A stretch of DNA of 61,909 nucleotides, filler included, from a candidate division TA06 bacterium SM23_40 (lineage in GTDB: Bacteria > LJUI01 > SM1-40), in the NCBI GenBank assembly GCA_001303705.1. It is 5 parts of 5 records of this genome, joined end to end, with 100 filler letters (N's around TTAATTAATTAA, not from the genome) between each part and the next. Parts side by side here need not be neighbours in the genome. Positions count along the whole stretch, not along the records: positions 1 to 25,946 come from LJUI01000017.1; 4 more parts are not named here. The stretch is one strand, 5' to 3'. Below the pieces are notes generated by a model. It was not told the DNA's origin. It ran no database searches and saw only the letters and a list, made by a program, of their open reading frames with translations. Each line of letters begins with the position of its first letter. Within the stretch, counting starts at the first letter, position 1. Position numbers and translations under genes: made by a program. Positions 1 to 10,452 of this stretch are shown here, piece after piece.

Positions 1-798
1 TCCCCCCTGCTCCGTCTTCCCTGGCTCGCCTTCGCTCTTGTCGGCCCTCTCGGCCTGGCTGGCGCCGCGCTCGCCCTGCGGAGACGTGCATCGGCTCCAC
101 TCCTCGTCTTCATCGCCGCATACACACTCTCCATCCTCCCGTTCTTTGTCTGCTCGCGGTTCCGCCTCCCCATCGTCCCCGTACTGCTCATCTTCGCCAT
201 CTGGTTCATATCCTGGGTCGCTGGAGCGTGGAAGGAATGTCTGCGGACGCGCCGCGCGCAGTGCCTCGGGGCAGCCCTCCTCCTGGCGGGCGCCGCCGTG
301 TTCGTCAACGGTGACTTCTACGCCGTACGCGCCACGACATTCTTCCAGATCGAATACAATACCGGCTGGGTCTTCAGTCGAGCAGGACAACATGAGGCCG
401 CTATCCGCGCCTACGGGCGCGCCCTGACGATCGACAGGCGGCCCGAGGCTCTCGAGAATCTCGGCCTCGCCTACCAGCATCTGGGTCAGTTCGAGCGCGC
501 GCTCGAGCTGTACGCCGAGGCGATCGATCTCGCCCCCGAGACTGCCACCTATGCGTACAACAACTCCGGAGTAATATTGAAGACAGCGGGTGACTTCACG
601 GCGGCGATCCCGATGTTCGAGCGCGCGCTCGAGACCGATCCATCCTACCTCTTTGCCCACCTCAACCTCGCCGAGTGTTACTATCGCACCGGCCGGAAAG
701 ACGACTCCATCCGTGAACTGGAGATCGCCCTCGGCCTCGGCCCGCCCCCCGCCGTCCGGGAGCAGATCGCACGGGCGATGAGAGAGTGGAGCCAGTAG
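1..798 (+). CDS. 5'-truncated membrane glycosyltransferase (GT-C/PMT-like) with C-terminal TPR repeats
   Basis: Frame 1 is open from base 1. Hydrophobic helices with 'FFVCSRFRLPIVP' are followed by TPR repeats (ALENLGLAYQHLGQFERA, AYNNSGVIL, AHLNLAECY). Stop TAG at 796-798. Confidence 0.7.
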   Translation, partial: SPLLRLPWLAFALVGPLGLAGAALALRRRASAPLLVFIAAYTLSILPFFVCSRFRLPIVPVLLIFAIWFISWVAGAWKECLRTRRAQCLGAALLLAGAAVFVNGDFYAVRATTFFQIEYNTGWVFSRAGQHEAAIRAYGRALTIDRRPEALENLGLAYQHLGQFERALELYAEAIDLAPETATYAYNNSGVILKTAGDFTAAIPMFERALETDPSYLFAHLNLAECYYRTGRKDDSIRELEIALGLGPPPAVREQIARAMREWSQ

Positions 799-909
799 CC
801 GGGCTCGAGCGCACTCGTGGCCGCACATGCGGGCCGCAGGGCTCATGTCTCTGGTTTGCGGGTGGATATGGACGTGGGGGCAGGTGCGCCGCGCAGACTC
901 TGCCGCGGC

Positions 910-1698
910 TCAGGCGGTCGGCTCAGATTCCAGATGGAGGTCGAGGGTCATTCCGTCGCGGGCGGCGATGACACGCGTTCCGGCGGCCGATTCGAGCTCT
1001 GCCGCTACCTCCCACGGCTTGGCGCGGATCACGGTCATGCCGAAGTGGGTGATGACTGCAAGCTTCGGCTGGATGGCACGGATCAGCTTCAGAGCGTCCT
1101 CTACGCAGAGATGGTCATAGTCGCGTTTCGTGAGAAAGACGACATTGAGGATGAGTATGTCGCCGCGATATGCATCAGCGAGCTCAGGGAAGTATCTCGT
1201 ATCGGCGATATAGGCAACGGAGGGGCCTTGCCCTGATGGAGTCAGGACCATACCATATGTCTCGGCGTTCCCGTGTTGATGCCGGATCGGAGTCGAGACC
1301 GTGACCCTGCCGATGGTGTAATGCCCTCCCTCCCGGAGCTCGTGGATCTCGTCGACATAGTCCCGGACGTATCGCAGGACCACCGGATCTGACTCCAGGC
1401 ATTCGGCAGGAGCGAAGAGCATCCCTTTCGGCCGGAACCCGCCATCGGTCATCGCCTCGATCATCGTGTTCACATCACCGGAATGATCGAGGTGCTTGTG
1501 TGAGAGCAGAATGGCATCGAGCTTGGTGGCGTCCAGCTTCTCCTTCCTCGTGCGAGACTTCACCAGGCATCCCGGACCGGGATCGAGCAGGAGATTCGTG
1601 CCGTTTATGGCGACCCACATCCCCCCCGATGCCCTGACCTGCTTTGCCACGACGATCCGTGCGCCGCCCGTGCCGAGGAAGATGATGCACTCCGACAC
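910..1698 (-). CDS. MBL-fold metallo-hydrolase
   Basis: FLGTGG N-terminus, LLDPGPG, HKHLDH (HxHxDH) and ADT motifs. GTG start placed after an AAGGA RBS. Confidence 0.85.
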   Translation of the reverse strand: MSECIIFLGTGGARIVVAKQVRASGGMWVAINGTNLLLDPGPGCLVKSRTRKEKLDATKLDAILLSHKHLDHSGDVNTMIEAMTDGGFRPKGMLFAPAECLESDPVVLRYVRDYVDEIHELREGGHYTIGRVTVSTPIRHQHGNAETYGMVLTPSGQGPSVAYIADTRYFPELADAYRGDILILNVVFLTKRDYDHLCVEDALKLIRAIQPKLAVITHFGMTVIRAKPWEVAAELESAAGTRVIAARDGMTLDLHLESEPTA

Positions 1699-1780
1699 GT
1701 CCTTTCGATCCCGCCTCGAGGATACTTTCCTGGGCACGTGGCCTCCCCGGCCATCAAATGGGATTCCACCCGCTACACAA

Positions 1781-4429
1781 TCACCCGCCCACGCCGGGCC
1801 GATCTGCCTGCTGCCCACGGCCCTCCCGGGCGTACTTGCGCCTCATCTCATCCAGCTTCTGCATCGCCTGAAGCGGCGTCATCTTCTCCAGATCCAGTTC
1901 CGACAGTTCCTCGACGATGGGGTGCTCCCCCGGCGTGAACAGGCTCAGCTGCCGCCCGGCCTCACTGGGGGCATGGGTCCCCCTCGCCAGCCGAGGGAAT
2001 GACTCCTCAGTGAAGGCATCGTCTTCGAGGTTCGCCAGCACCTCGCTCGCGCGCTCGATCACCTCGACCGGCAATCCAGCGAGCCGCGCCACCTGTATGC
2101 CGTAACTGCGATCCGCAGGCCCGGGGACGACCCGACGCAAGAAGATGACCCGGTCTCCTTCCTCCCTCACGGAGACGTTCCAGTTTCGCACTCGGTCGAG
2201 TATCGTCTCAAGCTCCGTGAGCTCGTGATAGTGGGTGGCAAAGAGCGTTTTCGGTTTCACCCTCTCGTCGGCATGAAGATATTCCACCACAGCCCAGGCG
2301 ATCGCCAATCCATCGAACGTGCTCGTGCCCCTCCCGATCTCGTCGAGCAGGACGAGGCTCCGGGACGTAGCGTTGTTCAGGATATTCGCGGTTTCGTTCA
2401 TCTCCGCAAGGAATGTGGAGACTCCGCGGCTCAGATCGTCGGACGCACCGACGCGCGTGAAGACGCGATCGACGACGCCGATCTTCGCCTCACGTGCCGG
2501 GATGAACGAGCCCATCTGGGCCATTATGACGAGGAGCGCCTGTTGTCTCAGGTACGTGGACTTGCCCGCCATGTTCGGCCCCGTGATGATAAGAATCTGC
2601 TCGCTCTCCAGATCGAGCACGATGTCATTGGGCACGAAATCTCCGTCCGGGATCAGCCGCTCCACCACGGGGTGGCGTCCCTCCCGGATCACGATCCGGT
2701 CCCCGTCGTCCACGACCGGCCTGATGTAGTTGCCCCTCACTGCCACCTGGGCCAGCGATTGGAAGACGTCCACGTGCGCGAGGATCCGGGCAGTGTCGAG
2801 CAGTTCCTCCGTACGCTCAGCCACCTTCGCCCGCAGGGCGACAAACAGCTCTTCCTCCAGAAGCCGAATCTTCTCCTCAGCGCCGAGAACTCTCTCCTCG
2901 ATCTCCTTCAATTCCTGAGTCACGAACCGCTCGCAGTTCGAGAGCGTCTGCTTCCGCGTGTAACGCTCGGGAACCTTCGTCAGATTCGCCCTCGACACCT
3001 CGATGTAATACCCGAAGACGTTGTTGAATCCGACCTTGAGCGAGGCAATGCCTGTCCGCTCCCGTTCATTCGCCGCCAGTCTCGCCATCCACTGCTTGCC
3101 CTCGCGTGCGCTCGTGCGCAGCTCATCGAGCTGCTCGTCATAACCATCCCGGATGATCCCGCCATCCCCGGTCGTCTGCGGGGGATCGTCCACGATACCA
3201 CGCTCCACCTCTCCCACCATGTCCTGGAAGTCCCCCAGCCCCTCCGCGAATCCTCCCAGAAGGCCGCTGCATCGAGCCAGCCTGGCCCGGAGCCCGGGAA
3301 TCTCCTTCAGAGAATCCTTGAGTGCAACCAGATCCCTGGGCGAGCCCCGGCGGCAGGCAATCCGCCCTGTCTGCCGCTCGATGTCCCCGATCTCGTCGAG
3401 GTGTTTGCTAAAGTATTCTCGCAACTGTGCTGATCTAATGAGCTGTGCTACGGCATCTTGGCGATCACCTATGTCGCCTGTATCCGTGATCGGGCTCACG
3501 ATCCATTTTCTGAGAAGCCGGGTTCCCATCGGTGTGGCCGTGTGATTGAGCACCCAGAATAGCGTCCCGCCGCCCCCCTCCTCCCGGATCCGCCGCGTCA
3601 GCTCGAGGTTGGTGCGGGTCACTCTGTCGAGGAGCATGTGGTCGCCGAGGGAATATGTGGAGAGCCTGGTGATATGGGTGAGGGCAGCCCGCTGGGTCTC
3701 CTCCAGATAGGCGAGCACAGCTCCCGCCGCTGCCACGCCCAGGGGGGAATCCGAGCAGCCGAAGCCGTCGAGTGAAACCACACCGAAGTGTGATACGAGT
3801 CGTTCCCGAGCCCACTCATAGGTGAACTGGTATCCCGGTCTGTGGGTGACGACAAGGAAGTCGCCCACAGCGGGCATGGCCGATAGCGCCTGCGCCCCCT
3901 CCTCCCCTTCTGGCGCCAGGAGTTCGGCCGGCTCGAGACGACGGATCTCTTCCGCGATCTGGTGAGGCTCACCCTCAGTGACAGTGAACTCACCGGTCGA
4001 GAGATCGGCTGCTGCCAGCCCGAACCTCCCGTCGCCCTCTGCGATCGCCGCGAGGTAGTTGTTCCTCGCCTCGTCGAGGAGGGACGGCCGCATGATCGTC
4101 CCCTGCGTGATTACCTCGGTGACGCCTCGCTGCACGACGGTCTTGGCGAGCCTGGGGTCTTCCGTCTGTTCACAGATCGCCACCCGATATCCCGCCTTAA
4201 CGAGTTTCGCCACATAACTGTCAACTGCTCGGTACGGGACACCTGCCAGCGGCACCCTCGCCCCCTTCCCGTGAGGACGAGAGGTGAGGGCGATCCCCAG
4301 AACGCGCGATCCGATCACAGCGTCCTCGTAGAACATCTCGTAGAAGTCTCCCATCCGGAACAGGAGGATGGAATCCTTATGTTGTGCTTTGATCGCGTGG
4401 TACTGCTTGAGCAGGGGAGTCAGCTTCAT
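1781..4429 (-). CDS. mutS: DNA mismatch repair protein MutS
   Basis: FRMGDFYEMF, Walker A GPNMAGKST, DEIGRGTST, FATHYHEL; 882 aa. Confidence 0.98.
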   Translation of the reverse strand: MKLTPLLKQYHAIKAQHKDSILLFRMGDFYEMFYEDAVIGSRVLGIALTSRPHGKGARVPLAGVPYRAVDSYVAKLVKAGYRVAICEQTEDPRLAKTVVQRGVTEVITQGTIMRPSLLDEARNNYLAAIAEGDGRFGLAAADLSTGEFTVTEGEPHQIAEEIRRLEPAELLAPEGEEGAQALSAMPAVGDFLVVTHRPGYQFTYEWARERLVSHFGVVSLDGFGCSDSPLGVAAAGAVLAYLEETQRAALTHITRLSTYSLGDHMLLDRVTRTNLELTRRIREEGGGGTLFWVLNHTATPMGTRLLRKWIVSPITDTGDIGDRQDAVAQLIRSAQLREYFSKHLDEIGDIERQTGRIACRRGSPRDLVALKDSLKEIPGLRARLARCSGLLGGFAEGLGDFQDMVGEVERGIVDDPPQTTGDGGIIRDGYDEQLDELRTSAREGKQWMARLAANERERTGIASLKVGFNNVFGYYIEVSRANLTKVPERYTRKQTLSNCERFVTQELKEIEERVLGAEEKIRLLEEELFVALRAKVAERTEELLDTARILAHVDVFQSLAQVAVRGNYIRPVVDDGDRIVIREGRHPVVERLIPDGDFVPNDIVLDLESEQILIITGPNMAGKSTYLRQQALLVIMAQMGSFIPAREAKIGVVDRVFTRVGASDDLSRGVSTFLAEMNETANILNNATSRSLVLLDEIGRGTSTFDGLAIAWAVVEYLHADERVKPKTLFATHYHELTELETILDRVRNWNVSVREEGDRVIFLRRVVPGPADRSYGIQVARLAGLPVEVIERASEVLANLEDDAFTEESFPRLARGTHAPSEAGRQLSLFTPGEHPIVEELSELDLEKMTPLQAMQKLDEMRRKYAREGRGQQADRPGVGG

Positions 4430-4437
4430 GCGATACC

Positions 4438-4989
4438 TCAGTACAGCCGACGGTTGCCGGCCTCCGTCTGGACCACCCAGTCGAAGGTGATGGCGATCGT
4501 CCGATCGGTGAGACGTTCGTCGACTGCCACAATGTCGATCCGGCCGTAGTGCGGCGCGTCGTCCGTCATCAGGACGTACGAGGAGCCGGGGTCGCCGAGC
4601 AGGACCTGCGGCGAGTACCCGCTCTCCGGCGCCAACCGCAGGCCGGGGTCAGCGACCTGGATGCCCTCGCTCGAGAGATACCCCGCAAGGACTTGAGGCG
4701 GCCCCTCGAACCAGTACACGGACAATCGAATCTGGCCGTAGGTCGCCGTGCCCCGTGAGAAGACAAATGTGTCGCTCCCTCCCGCCCCGGCTGAGAGCAT
4801 TGCATCGGATCCTTCGATCACCGTCGATGGCTCGAGCGGGTTTTGCTCCCCACATCCCGCGAGGAGAAGCGCCACGAGAGCGACCGCCAGCGAGGCGGCG
4901 AAGTGCGCCCTGAGGGGGATGCGACGTAGGGGTAGGAAGAGCCGGGACGGCGGCAGGTTCCCGCGAGATGATGAACTAGGAGGCATCAT
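4438..4989 (-). CDS. hypothetical lipoprotein
   Basis: Hydrophobic stretch plus lipobox LLAGC. ATGA overlap with the lapB stop. Start is uncertain. Confidence 0.6.
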   Translation of the reverse strand: MMPPSSSSRGNLPPSRLFLPLRRIPLRAHFAASLAVALVALLLAGCGEQNPLEPSTVIEGSDAMLSAGAGGSDTFVFSRGTATYGQIRLSVYWFEGPPQVLAGYLSSEGIQVADPGLRLAPESGYSPQVLLGDPGSSYVLMTDDAPHYGRIDIVAVDERLTDRTIAITFDWVVQTEAGNRRLY

Positions 4990-6143
4990 GGTGATGGCGA
5001 GAAGAACGTCTCCCACTGGCGACAATTCGGGCAGCGCCAGAGCGCTTCAGTGGTGCGGTATCCGCATGAGGAACACCGGAAGGAGTCAGCCTGTGCATGT
5101 AACAACTCAACCAGAGAGTGTGCCTGGGTGACGGCCGCCCGGATGTCTCCGACCTTGATGTACAGCTCGAGCAACGCGACAAGTGCGGCACGCGAGTTCG
5201 GCTCGATCTCCAGCACTCTCCTCAGGGCCTCGAACGCCTCCTCCTCCTCTCCCTTCCGTTCATGGATCTTCGCTTTGGCCAAGAGCGCACGCACATTGCG
5301 GGAGTCCTTGGCGAGGAGGGCATCGTACACCTCGATGATCTCCCCGAACTTACCCCGCTCGAAGTAGGCCTGTTCGAGACGTCGGAATGTTACGTGGGCG
5401 AGTTCAGGGACCTCCTTCACTATTCTGCACCAGGTTCTTACAGCTTCCTTGACCTCGCCCTGTCGATACTGCACGTCACCCAGGCAGAGAAGCGCCGAGA
5501 CACATCTGCGGTCTATGCGGAGCGCCTTCTTGCAGTTGCGCTCTGCGGCCTCGAGATTTTCATCGGCCAGTTCCTCTCTGGCGACATACGCATGGTACAG
5601 GGCCAGACGATGAGGACTCTTCTGTCGCTTCGCCTGCAAGATCTTCTGTTGCTCTCGGAATGCCTCATCCCACCGGCGTTCGCCCTCGTACAGGCCCAAT
5701 AACATCTCATGAGCCTCGATATCATCCCGATCGAAGCGTGACGTCAGTTCGGTGAGGACAGCGATCGCCTTCTGCGGCCGGTTCAGCCCGATGTAGTCGC
5801 GAGCCACACTACGCCAGATCGCCCGCTCTTGCGATGGGGGGAGCCCTCGTCTCACTGTTAGATGGTGGTGGAGCTGGAGTGCTCGTTCGAGATGGCCGCG
5901 ACTGCGCAGCAGATCCCCCAGCCGGAGATAGGCATCGACATTGTTCGGCTCCTGTTGCACCGCAACCTTGAGCCGCTCCATTGCCATCTTCTCATCCCCA
6001 TCGAGGAGACGATGGAGAGCGTCAACGTAAGCCGAGACACGCCGCTCACCCCGTGCGCCCCACGACCGCACGCTCCAGATGATCACGAGGATAGCGATGA
6101 CTGCGATGCAGCCTGCAACGATGAACCAGATTACGAGACTCAT
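4986..6143 (-). CDS. lapB: lipopolysaccharide assembly protein B-like (TPR plus rubredoxin-like metal site)
   Basis: N-terminal TM anchor, TPRs, C-terminal CSSCG...WRCPNCRQWET. Directly follows a LapA-like gene. Confidence 0.85.
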   Translation of the reverse strand: MSLVIWFIVAGCIAVIAILVIIWSVRSWGARGERRVSAYVDALHRLLDGDEKMAMERLKVAVQQEPNNVDAYLRLGDLLRSRGHLERALQLHHHLTVRRGLPPSQERAIWRSVARDYIGLNRPQKAIAVLTELTSRFDRDDIEAHEMLLGLYEGERRWDEAFREQQKILQAKRQKSPHRLALYHAYVAREELADENLEAAERNCKKALRIDRRCVSALLCLGDVQYRQGEVKEAVRTWCRIVKEVPELAHVTFRRLEQAYFERGKFGEIIEVYDALLAKDSRNVRALLAKAKIHERKGEEEEAFEALRRVLEIEPNSRAALVALLELYIKVGDIRAAVTQAHSLVELLHAQADSFRCSSCGYRTTEALWRCPNCRQWETFFSPSP

Positions 6144-6481
6144 CGGTCGATGTACCTCCGCTCGTCATCCATTCTCTGCTGTTCTTCCTCTGCTTCCTCA
6201 ATGGGGAGGTTCCGCATGGCAACGAGTTCGCTGGTCAGACGGCTGATCTCCTTCTTCTGTCTCCAGATCCTCGTGCGCATTCCAACTGCATGGAAGATCG
6301 AGATCATGACGCCGAGGAGCATCCCAATTGCCAGTGCCTCGACGAGGATCATGTTCAGGGGGATACCGGCGAACTCCCATCTAAGGATCCTGAACGTCAC
6401 GATCTCTCCACCATTCTGGACACCAACGATGATCACGAACAAGATCACAACCGCCAACAGCACAACCTTGATGACCCACAT
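6140..6481 (-). CDS. lapA: LapA family protein
   Basis: Two TM helices with 'VQN...V.F' and a coiled-coil tail. ATGA overlap with lapB. Confidence 0.75.
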   Translation of the reverse strand: MWVIKVVLLAVVILFVIIVGVQNGGEIVTFRILRWEFAGIPLNMILVEALAIGMLLGVMISIFHAVGMRTRIWRQKKEISRLTSELVAMRNLPIEEAEEEQQRMDDERRYIDR

Positions 6482-6588
6482 GCTCTTGTCCTCTCTGCTC
6501 GAAGCTCGCGAGGACATGCACTGAACTACCTCGCCAGCGATGAGATCTCATACTGCGATGATCTACTCCCCGAACTTCGCGTCACGCA

Positions 6589-7956
6589 CTACGTCACCCC
6601 CGCACCTGTAACCACTGTCCTGACAGACTCTTCCGCATCACTTCTCTGTGCCCGGTACCCCCACGGTGTCCAGCCACGCAGTTCGGCCACCCGCACGTCG
6701 ACGAAATTGCCGATAAGGTCGCGCGAACCGCCAAAGACGACCACCTTATTAGTGCGTGTGCGACCGATGAGCTCTTCGTCGCTCTGGTGACTCGCCCCCT
6801 CAACGAGCACCTCAACTTCCTCTCCTACCAGCTCAGCGTTCCTCTGCCGTATGATTCCGTTCTGGAGCTCGATCAGCTGTTTGAGCCGTTCTCCCCGCAC
6901 CCTCTCCGGCACCTCCGATTCGAAAGAGGCAGCCGGCGTCCCGGGACGAGGAGAGTACCGGAACATATACGCATAGTCGAATCGAGTCTCGTTAACCATC
7001 TCCAGCGTCTTCCTGAAGTCGTCATCCGTCTCACCGGGGAACCCAACGATTATGTCGGTGGTGATCGCGATCCCGGGCACCTGTTCCCGCAACTCCTCGA
7101 TGAGTGCCCGGTAGTGCTCCGCGGTGTACTGCCGGTTCATCCTCTCGAGAACGGAAGTAGATCCCGACTGCATCGGAAGATGGATGTGCTCACAGACGCT
7201 CTCGAGCTCGGCCACGGCGCGAATCACTGTCTCATCGAGATCGCGCGGGTGGGAGGTCGTAAACCGGATCCGCTGGATGAGCCTCGAGTCATCGATCGCC
7301 TGCAGCAGATCGGCAAATCGGTGCTCGCCGTCCCGGTAGGCGACGACGTTCTGTCCGAGAAGCGTGATCTCGCGCACTCCGCCCTCGGCCAGAGTTCGCA
7401 GCTCTGCCAGAATGTCGTCCCTCGATCGAGATCGCTCAGGCCCCCTCACGTACGGCACGATACAATAGGAACAACGATTATCGCAGCCACGCATAATCGC
7501 GAGAAAAGCGGTCACGCCGCGTCCTGCTGCGGTGAGAATCCCGTCGTATGATTCCCCCTCTCCGAGGTCGAGGGCATAGCGCGGCATGCGGTCTCTCAGC
7601 ACATCCTCGATAAGACCCGGCAACATACGGTAGCACGATGGTCCTACTACCAGGTCGATAGAAGGGACTACTTCCCGGGCGCCTCTCCCCAGCCTCTGGG
7701 CCACACAGCCGCAGATGCCGACCACCAGGTCGGGACGCACGCGCTTCATCCCTGTCAGCTCATTGAGGCGCCCGATGGCCCGTCGTTCGGCATGTTCGCG
7801 CACGGCACAGGTGTTGACAAGTATCAGGTCCGCCTCCTCGAGCGTCCCTGCACGAGGGTATCCCCGATCCGACAAGATCCCCGCAATGAGATCGCTATCG
7901 TAGACGTTCATCTGACAGCCGTACGTATGGATACAAAAAGAAGGCCTCTCGTCCAT
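6589..7956 (-). CDS. miaB: tRNA-2-methylthio-N6-dimethylallyladenosine synthase
   Basis: TYGCQMNVYDS, NTCAVRE, radical SAM CDNRCSYC, C-terminal TRAM domain. Confidence 0.95.
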   Translation of the reverse strand: MDERPSFCIHTYGCQMNVYDSDLIAGILSDRGYPRAGTLEEADLILVNTCAVREHAERRAIGRLNELTGMKRVRPDLVVGICGCVAQRLGRGAREVVPSIDLVVGPSCYRMLPGLIEDVLRDRMPRYALDLGEGESYDGILTAAGRGVTAFLAIMRGCDNRCSYCIVPYVRGPERSRSRDDILAELRTLAEGGVREITLLGQNVVAYRDGEHRFADLLQAIDDSRLIQRIRFTTSHPRDLDETVIRAVAELESVCEHIHLPMQSGSTSVLERMNRQYTAEHYRALIEELREQVPGIAITTDIIVGFPGETDDDFRKTLEMVNETRFDYAYMFRYSPRPGTPAASFESEVPERVRGERLKQLIELQNGIIRQRNAELVGEEVEVLVEGASHQSDEELIGRTRTNKVVVFGGSRDLIGNFVDVRVAELRGWTPWGYRAQRSDAEESVRTVVTGAGVT

Positions 7957-7991
7957 GCAATCCCATCTCCTGTCGGCAGTTCCTGCAGGTC

Positions 7992-8020
7992 ATGGTAACG
8001 GCGCTCTGACCAGAAGTCAA
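7992..8020 (-). promoter_or_regulatory. sigma70-like promoter for the miaB operon
   Basis: TTGACT-17 bp-TACCAT on the minus strand, ~35 bp upstream of miaB. Confidence 0.5.
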
Positions 8021-8106
8021 GGAGAAAAAGGACACAGACGGTTCGGTGAATCCAATAGGGGGTGTTCTGGGGGAGGAGCAGGGGGCGAGTTCGAAGTCGG
8101 GAGGCC

Positions 8107-9393
8107 TCACACACGGGTGCCGAATACCCTCCCGTCAGCGTCGAGACTGGTGATCCGCACCCGCTGGAACGTTCCGCCGAGCTCATCAGGTCCGTCGAAG
8201 CGGATCTTCAGGTAGTTGCCGCTCAAGCCGATGAGGAGATTCGTCTTCCGATCGCGGCGGGATTCGACGAGCCCACGAAAGGCACGGCCCAGGAAGCGCT
8301 CCCGAAACTGCCGCGTCTTCACTCGTCCCAGCTGTCGCAGGGAGTCCGCGCGCTCGCGTCTCGTCTGAGGTGAGGTCTGCCCATCGAGGGAGGCGGCCGG
8401 CGTCCCCGGCCGCGGCGAGAACGGAAAGACGTGCAGATAGGCGAGCGGGAGTTCATCGATAAACGCATAGGTAGCCGAGAACTCGGACTCGCCCTCGCCG
8501 GGGAACCCGACAATGACATCTGCCCCTATGGCGATGTCCGGAACCCGGGCTACCAGCCGGGCAACGACCTGACGGTAGAGCTCGCAGCGGTACGGGCGCT
8601 TCATCCGGCATAGGATCTGATCGTCTCCGCTCTGGAGCGGCAGGTGGAGATGAGGACAGACCCGTTCCTCCTCCGCGATCAATGCCACGAGGGACTCAGT
8701 CACATCTGTCGGCTCAACTGAACTGATGCGGATCCGCCGGAGGCCGGTCCTATCGAGGATAGTACGCACGAGGCCGGATAGATCTTTCCCGTCCGGGGCG
8801 CGGTACCGTCCGATCGATATCCCGGTGAGAACGATCTCCCCGTATCCGGAAGCAGTAAGCCCGGATATCTCCTCGACGATCTGGTCGCTCGGACGGCTGC
8901 TCGCCGTTCCTCTTGCGCGCGGGATGACACAGTAGGCGCAGCTCGAGTCGCAGCCCTCCTGAATCTTGACGAATGCCCGGGTATGGTTGGCGAACCGTGT
9001 GAGCCGTCTCGATGACGGCCATATCCCGCCCGCGAGCCGATTCTGTCTCTCGTCGAACCCGGATTCGATCAGCCTCGGCACTGCCAGCTTGCGGGAATTG
9101 GGTACGACCGCACTCACCCCGGGGATGGCGGAAATGATCCTCGGTTCCAACTCCGCATAGCAGCCAGTGACAACCACAGTGCTACCGTTCGCCCGTCGCG
9201 CCGCCCGCCTCACCAGCTGCCTGGACTGACGATCCGCACGCTGTGTCACCGTACAGGTGTTGATCACATAGACGTCAGCATCTGCATCGAACGGGACGGC
9301 TTCGTAGGCGCCGGCCTCAAACGCCTCGCGCAGGAGCTCCGTCTCGTACTGATTGAGCTTGCATCCAAGTGTCGCAAACGCTACGCGTCGCAC
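8107..9393 (-). CDS. mtaB: threonylcarbamoyladenosine tRNA methylthiotransferase
   Basis: TLGCKLNQYET, INTCTVT, TRAFVKIQEGCDSSCAYC. Confidence 0.92.
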   Translation of the reverse strand: MRRVAFATLGCKLNQYETELLREAFEAGAYEAVPFDADADVYVINTCTVTQRADRQSRQLVRRAARRANGSTVVVTGCYAELEPRIISAIPGVSAVVPNSRKLAVPRLIESGFDERQNRLAGGIWPSSRRLTRFANHTRAFVKIQEGCDSSCAYCVIPRARGTASSRPSDQIVEEISGLTASGYGEIVLTGISIGRYRAPDGKDLSGLVRTILDRTGLRRIRISSVEPTDVTESLVALIAEEERVCPHLHLPLQSGDDQILCRMKRPYRCELYRQVVARLVARVPDIAIGADVIVGFPGEGESEFSATYAFIDELPLAYLHVFPFSPRPGTPAASLDGQTSPQTRRERADSLRQLGRVKTRQFRERFLGRAFRGLVESRRDRKTNLLIGLSGNYLKIRFDGPDELGGTFQRVRITSLDADGRVFGTRV

Positions 9394-9417
9394 ATCCTAC
9401 CCCTTTACCGCCTTTAC

Positions 9418-10380
9418 TCACTCCGGAGCGACTGGCTCTCCGCTTCGGCGGGACCAGACTCTCGCCAGCGCCTGGCGTCCTGCCTGCCACGCGCGGGTCA
9501 CCGCTCCTCGCCCTCGGGCCAGCATAAGTATTTCATCTATCTGGCGCCTCGTTGCCTCCTCCCCCACACGGATACAGAAGGGCGCTCTCGTGAAGTTCGC
9601 CCAGTGAATATTGCCGACATCGGGACGAATGACGATGTCAGCGAGGGCGACTTGTGACTCATTGTAGCGAAACCGGAGGATATCATCAGTGCGGAACATG
9701 ACATCGAGACCGCTCGCAGGATGCGTATCGGTCCCGAGCTCCGGCCGCAGGTCGATCGCGATCACCACCTCGGCGCCAATGGCCCTGGCTGCCCGCACCG
9801 GGACGATGCTCGTCGGCCCGCCGTCGGTCAGCAGCTGCTCACCCTCCTGTACAGGCGGGAAGACGCCGGGGATCGAAGAACTCGCCAGCACAGCGCGGCG
9901 AAGAGAACCGTCCGTCATGATTACGTCCTCTCCGCTCTGCAGATCGAGAGCCACTGCGGCAAACGGGATCTGAGTCTCCGATACGTCAATGTCGGGAATA
10001 ACCCAGTCAAGTGCCCGTTCCAGCTTTTCGCCGGGGATCAGAGACGGCCTCAGCACGCCAACACTCCAGATATATTTCTCTCTGATCTGACCGGCGAGGC
10101 GGGCAAACAGTTTCGCGTCCAGATCGGAGTCTTTTCTCAAGAACTCCAGACCGATGTCCTTGAACTCCTTGCTGCTCAGGAACCCAAGCGCTCTCTTCTC
10201 CAGAGAGAGCGCATTCGGGGCGACAGAATAGATCGCCCCGACGATCGCGCCCATGCTAGTGCCGGCTACGGCATCAACCGTGATGCCGACTCCCTCGAGC
10301 ACTTTCAGGACACCGATGTTCGCCAACCCCCGGACCGAGCCCCCGCCCAACGCAAGCCCGATCTTGGGTATTCGCTTCAT
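9418..10380 (-). CDS. patatin-like phospholipase (RssA-like)
   Basis: LGGGSVRG, GTSMG nucleophile elbow, DGG motif. Confidence 0.9.
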   Translation of the reverse strand: MKRIPKIGLALGGGSVRGLANIGVLKVLEGVGITVDAVAGTSMGAIVGAIYSVAPNALSLEKRALGFLSSKEFKDIGLEFLRKDSDLDAKLFARLAGQIREKYIWSVGVLRPSLIPGEKLERALDWVIPDIDVSETQIPFAAVALDLQSGEDVIMTDGSLRRAVLASSSIPGVFPPVQEGEQLLTDGGPTSIVPVRAARAIGAEVVIAIDLRPELGTDTHPASGLDVMFRTDDILRFRYNESQVALADIVIRPDVGNIHWANFTRAPFCIRVGEEATRRQIDEILMLARGRGAVTRAWQAGRQALARVWSRRSGEPVAPE

Positions 10381-10452
10381 CGTTCGGCCATCTCTTTCTT
10401 ACAGCCTGCGGAGGTGAGCCCCGTGGTAGTCAACACTCCCCGTACAGTCTCG

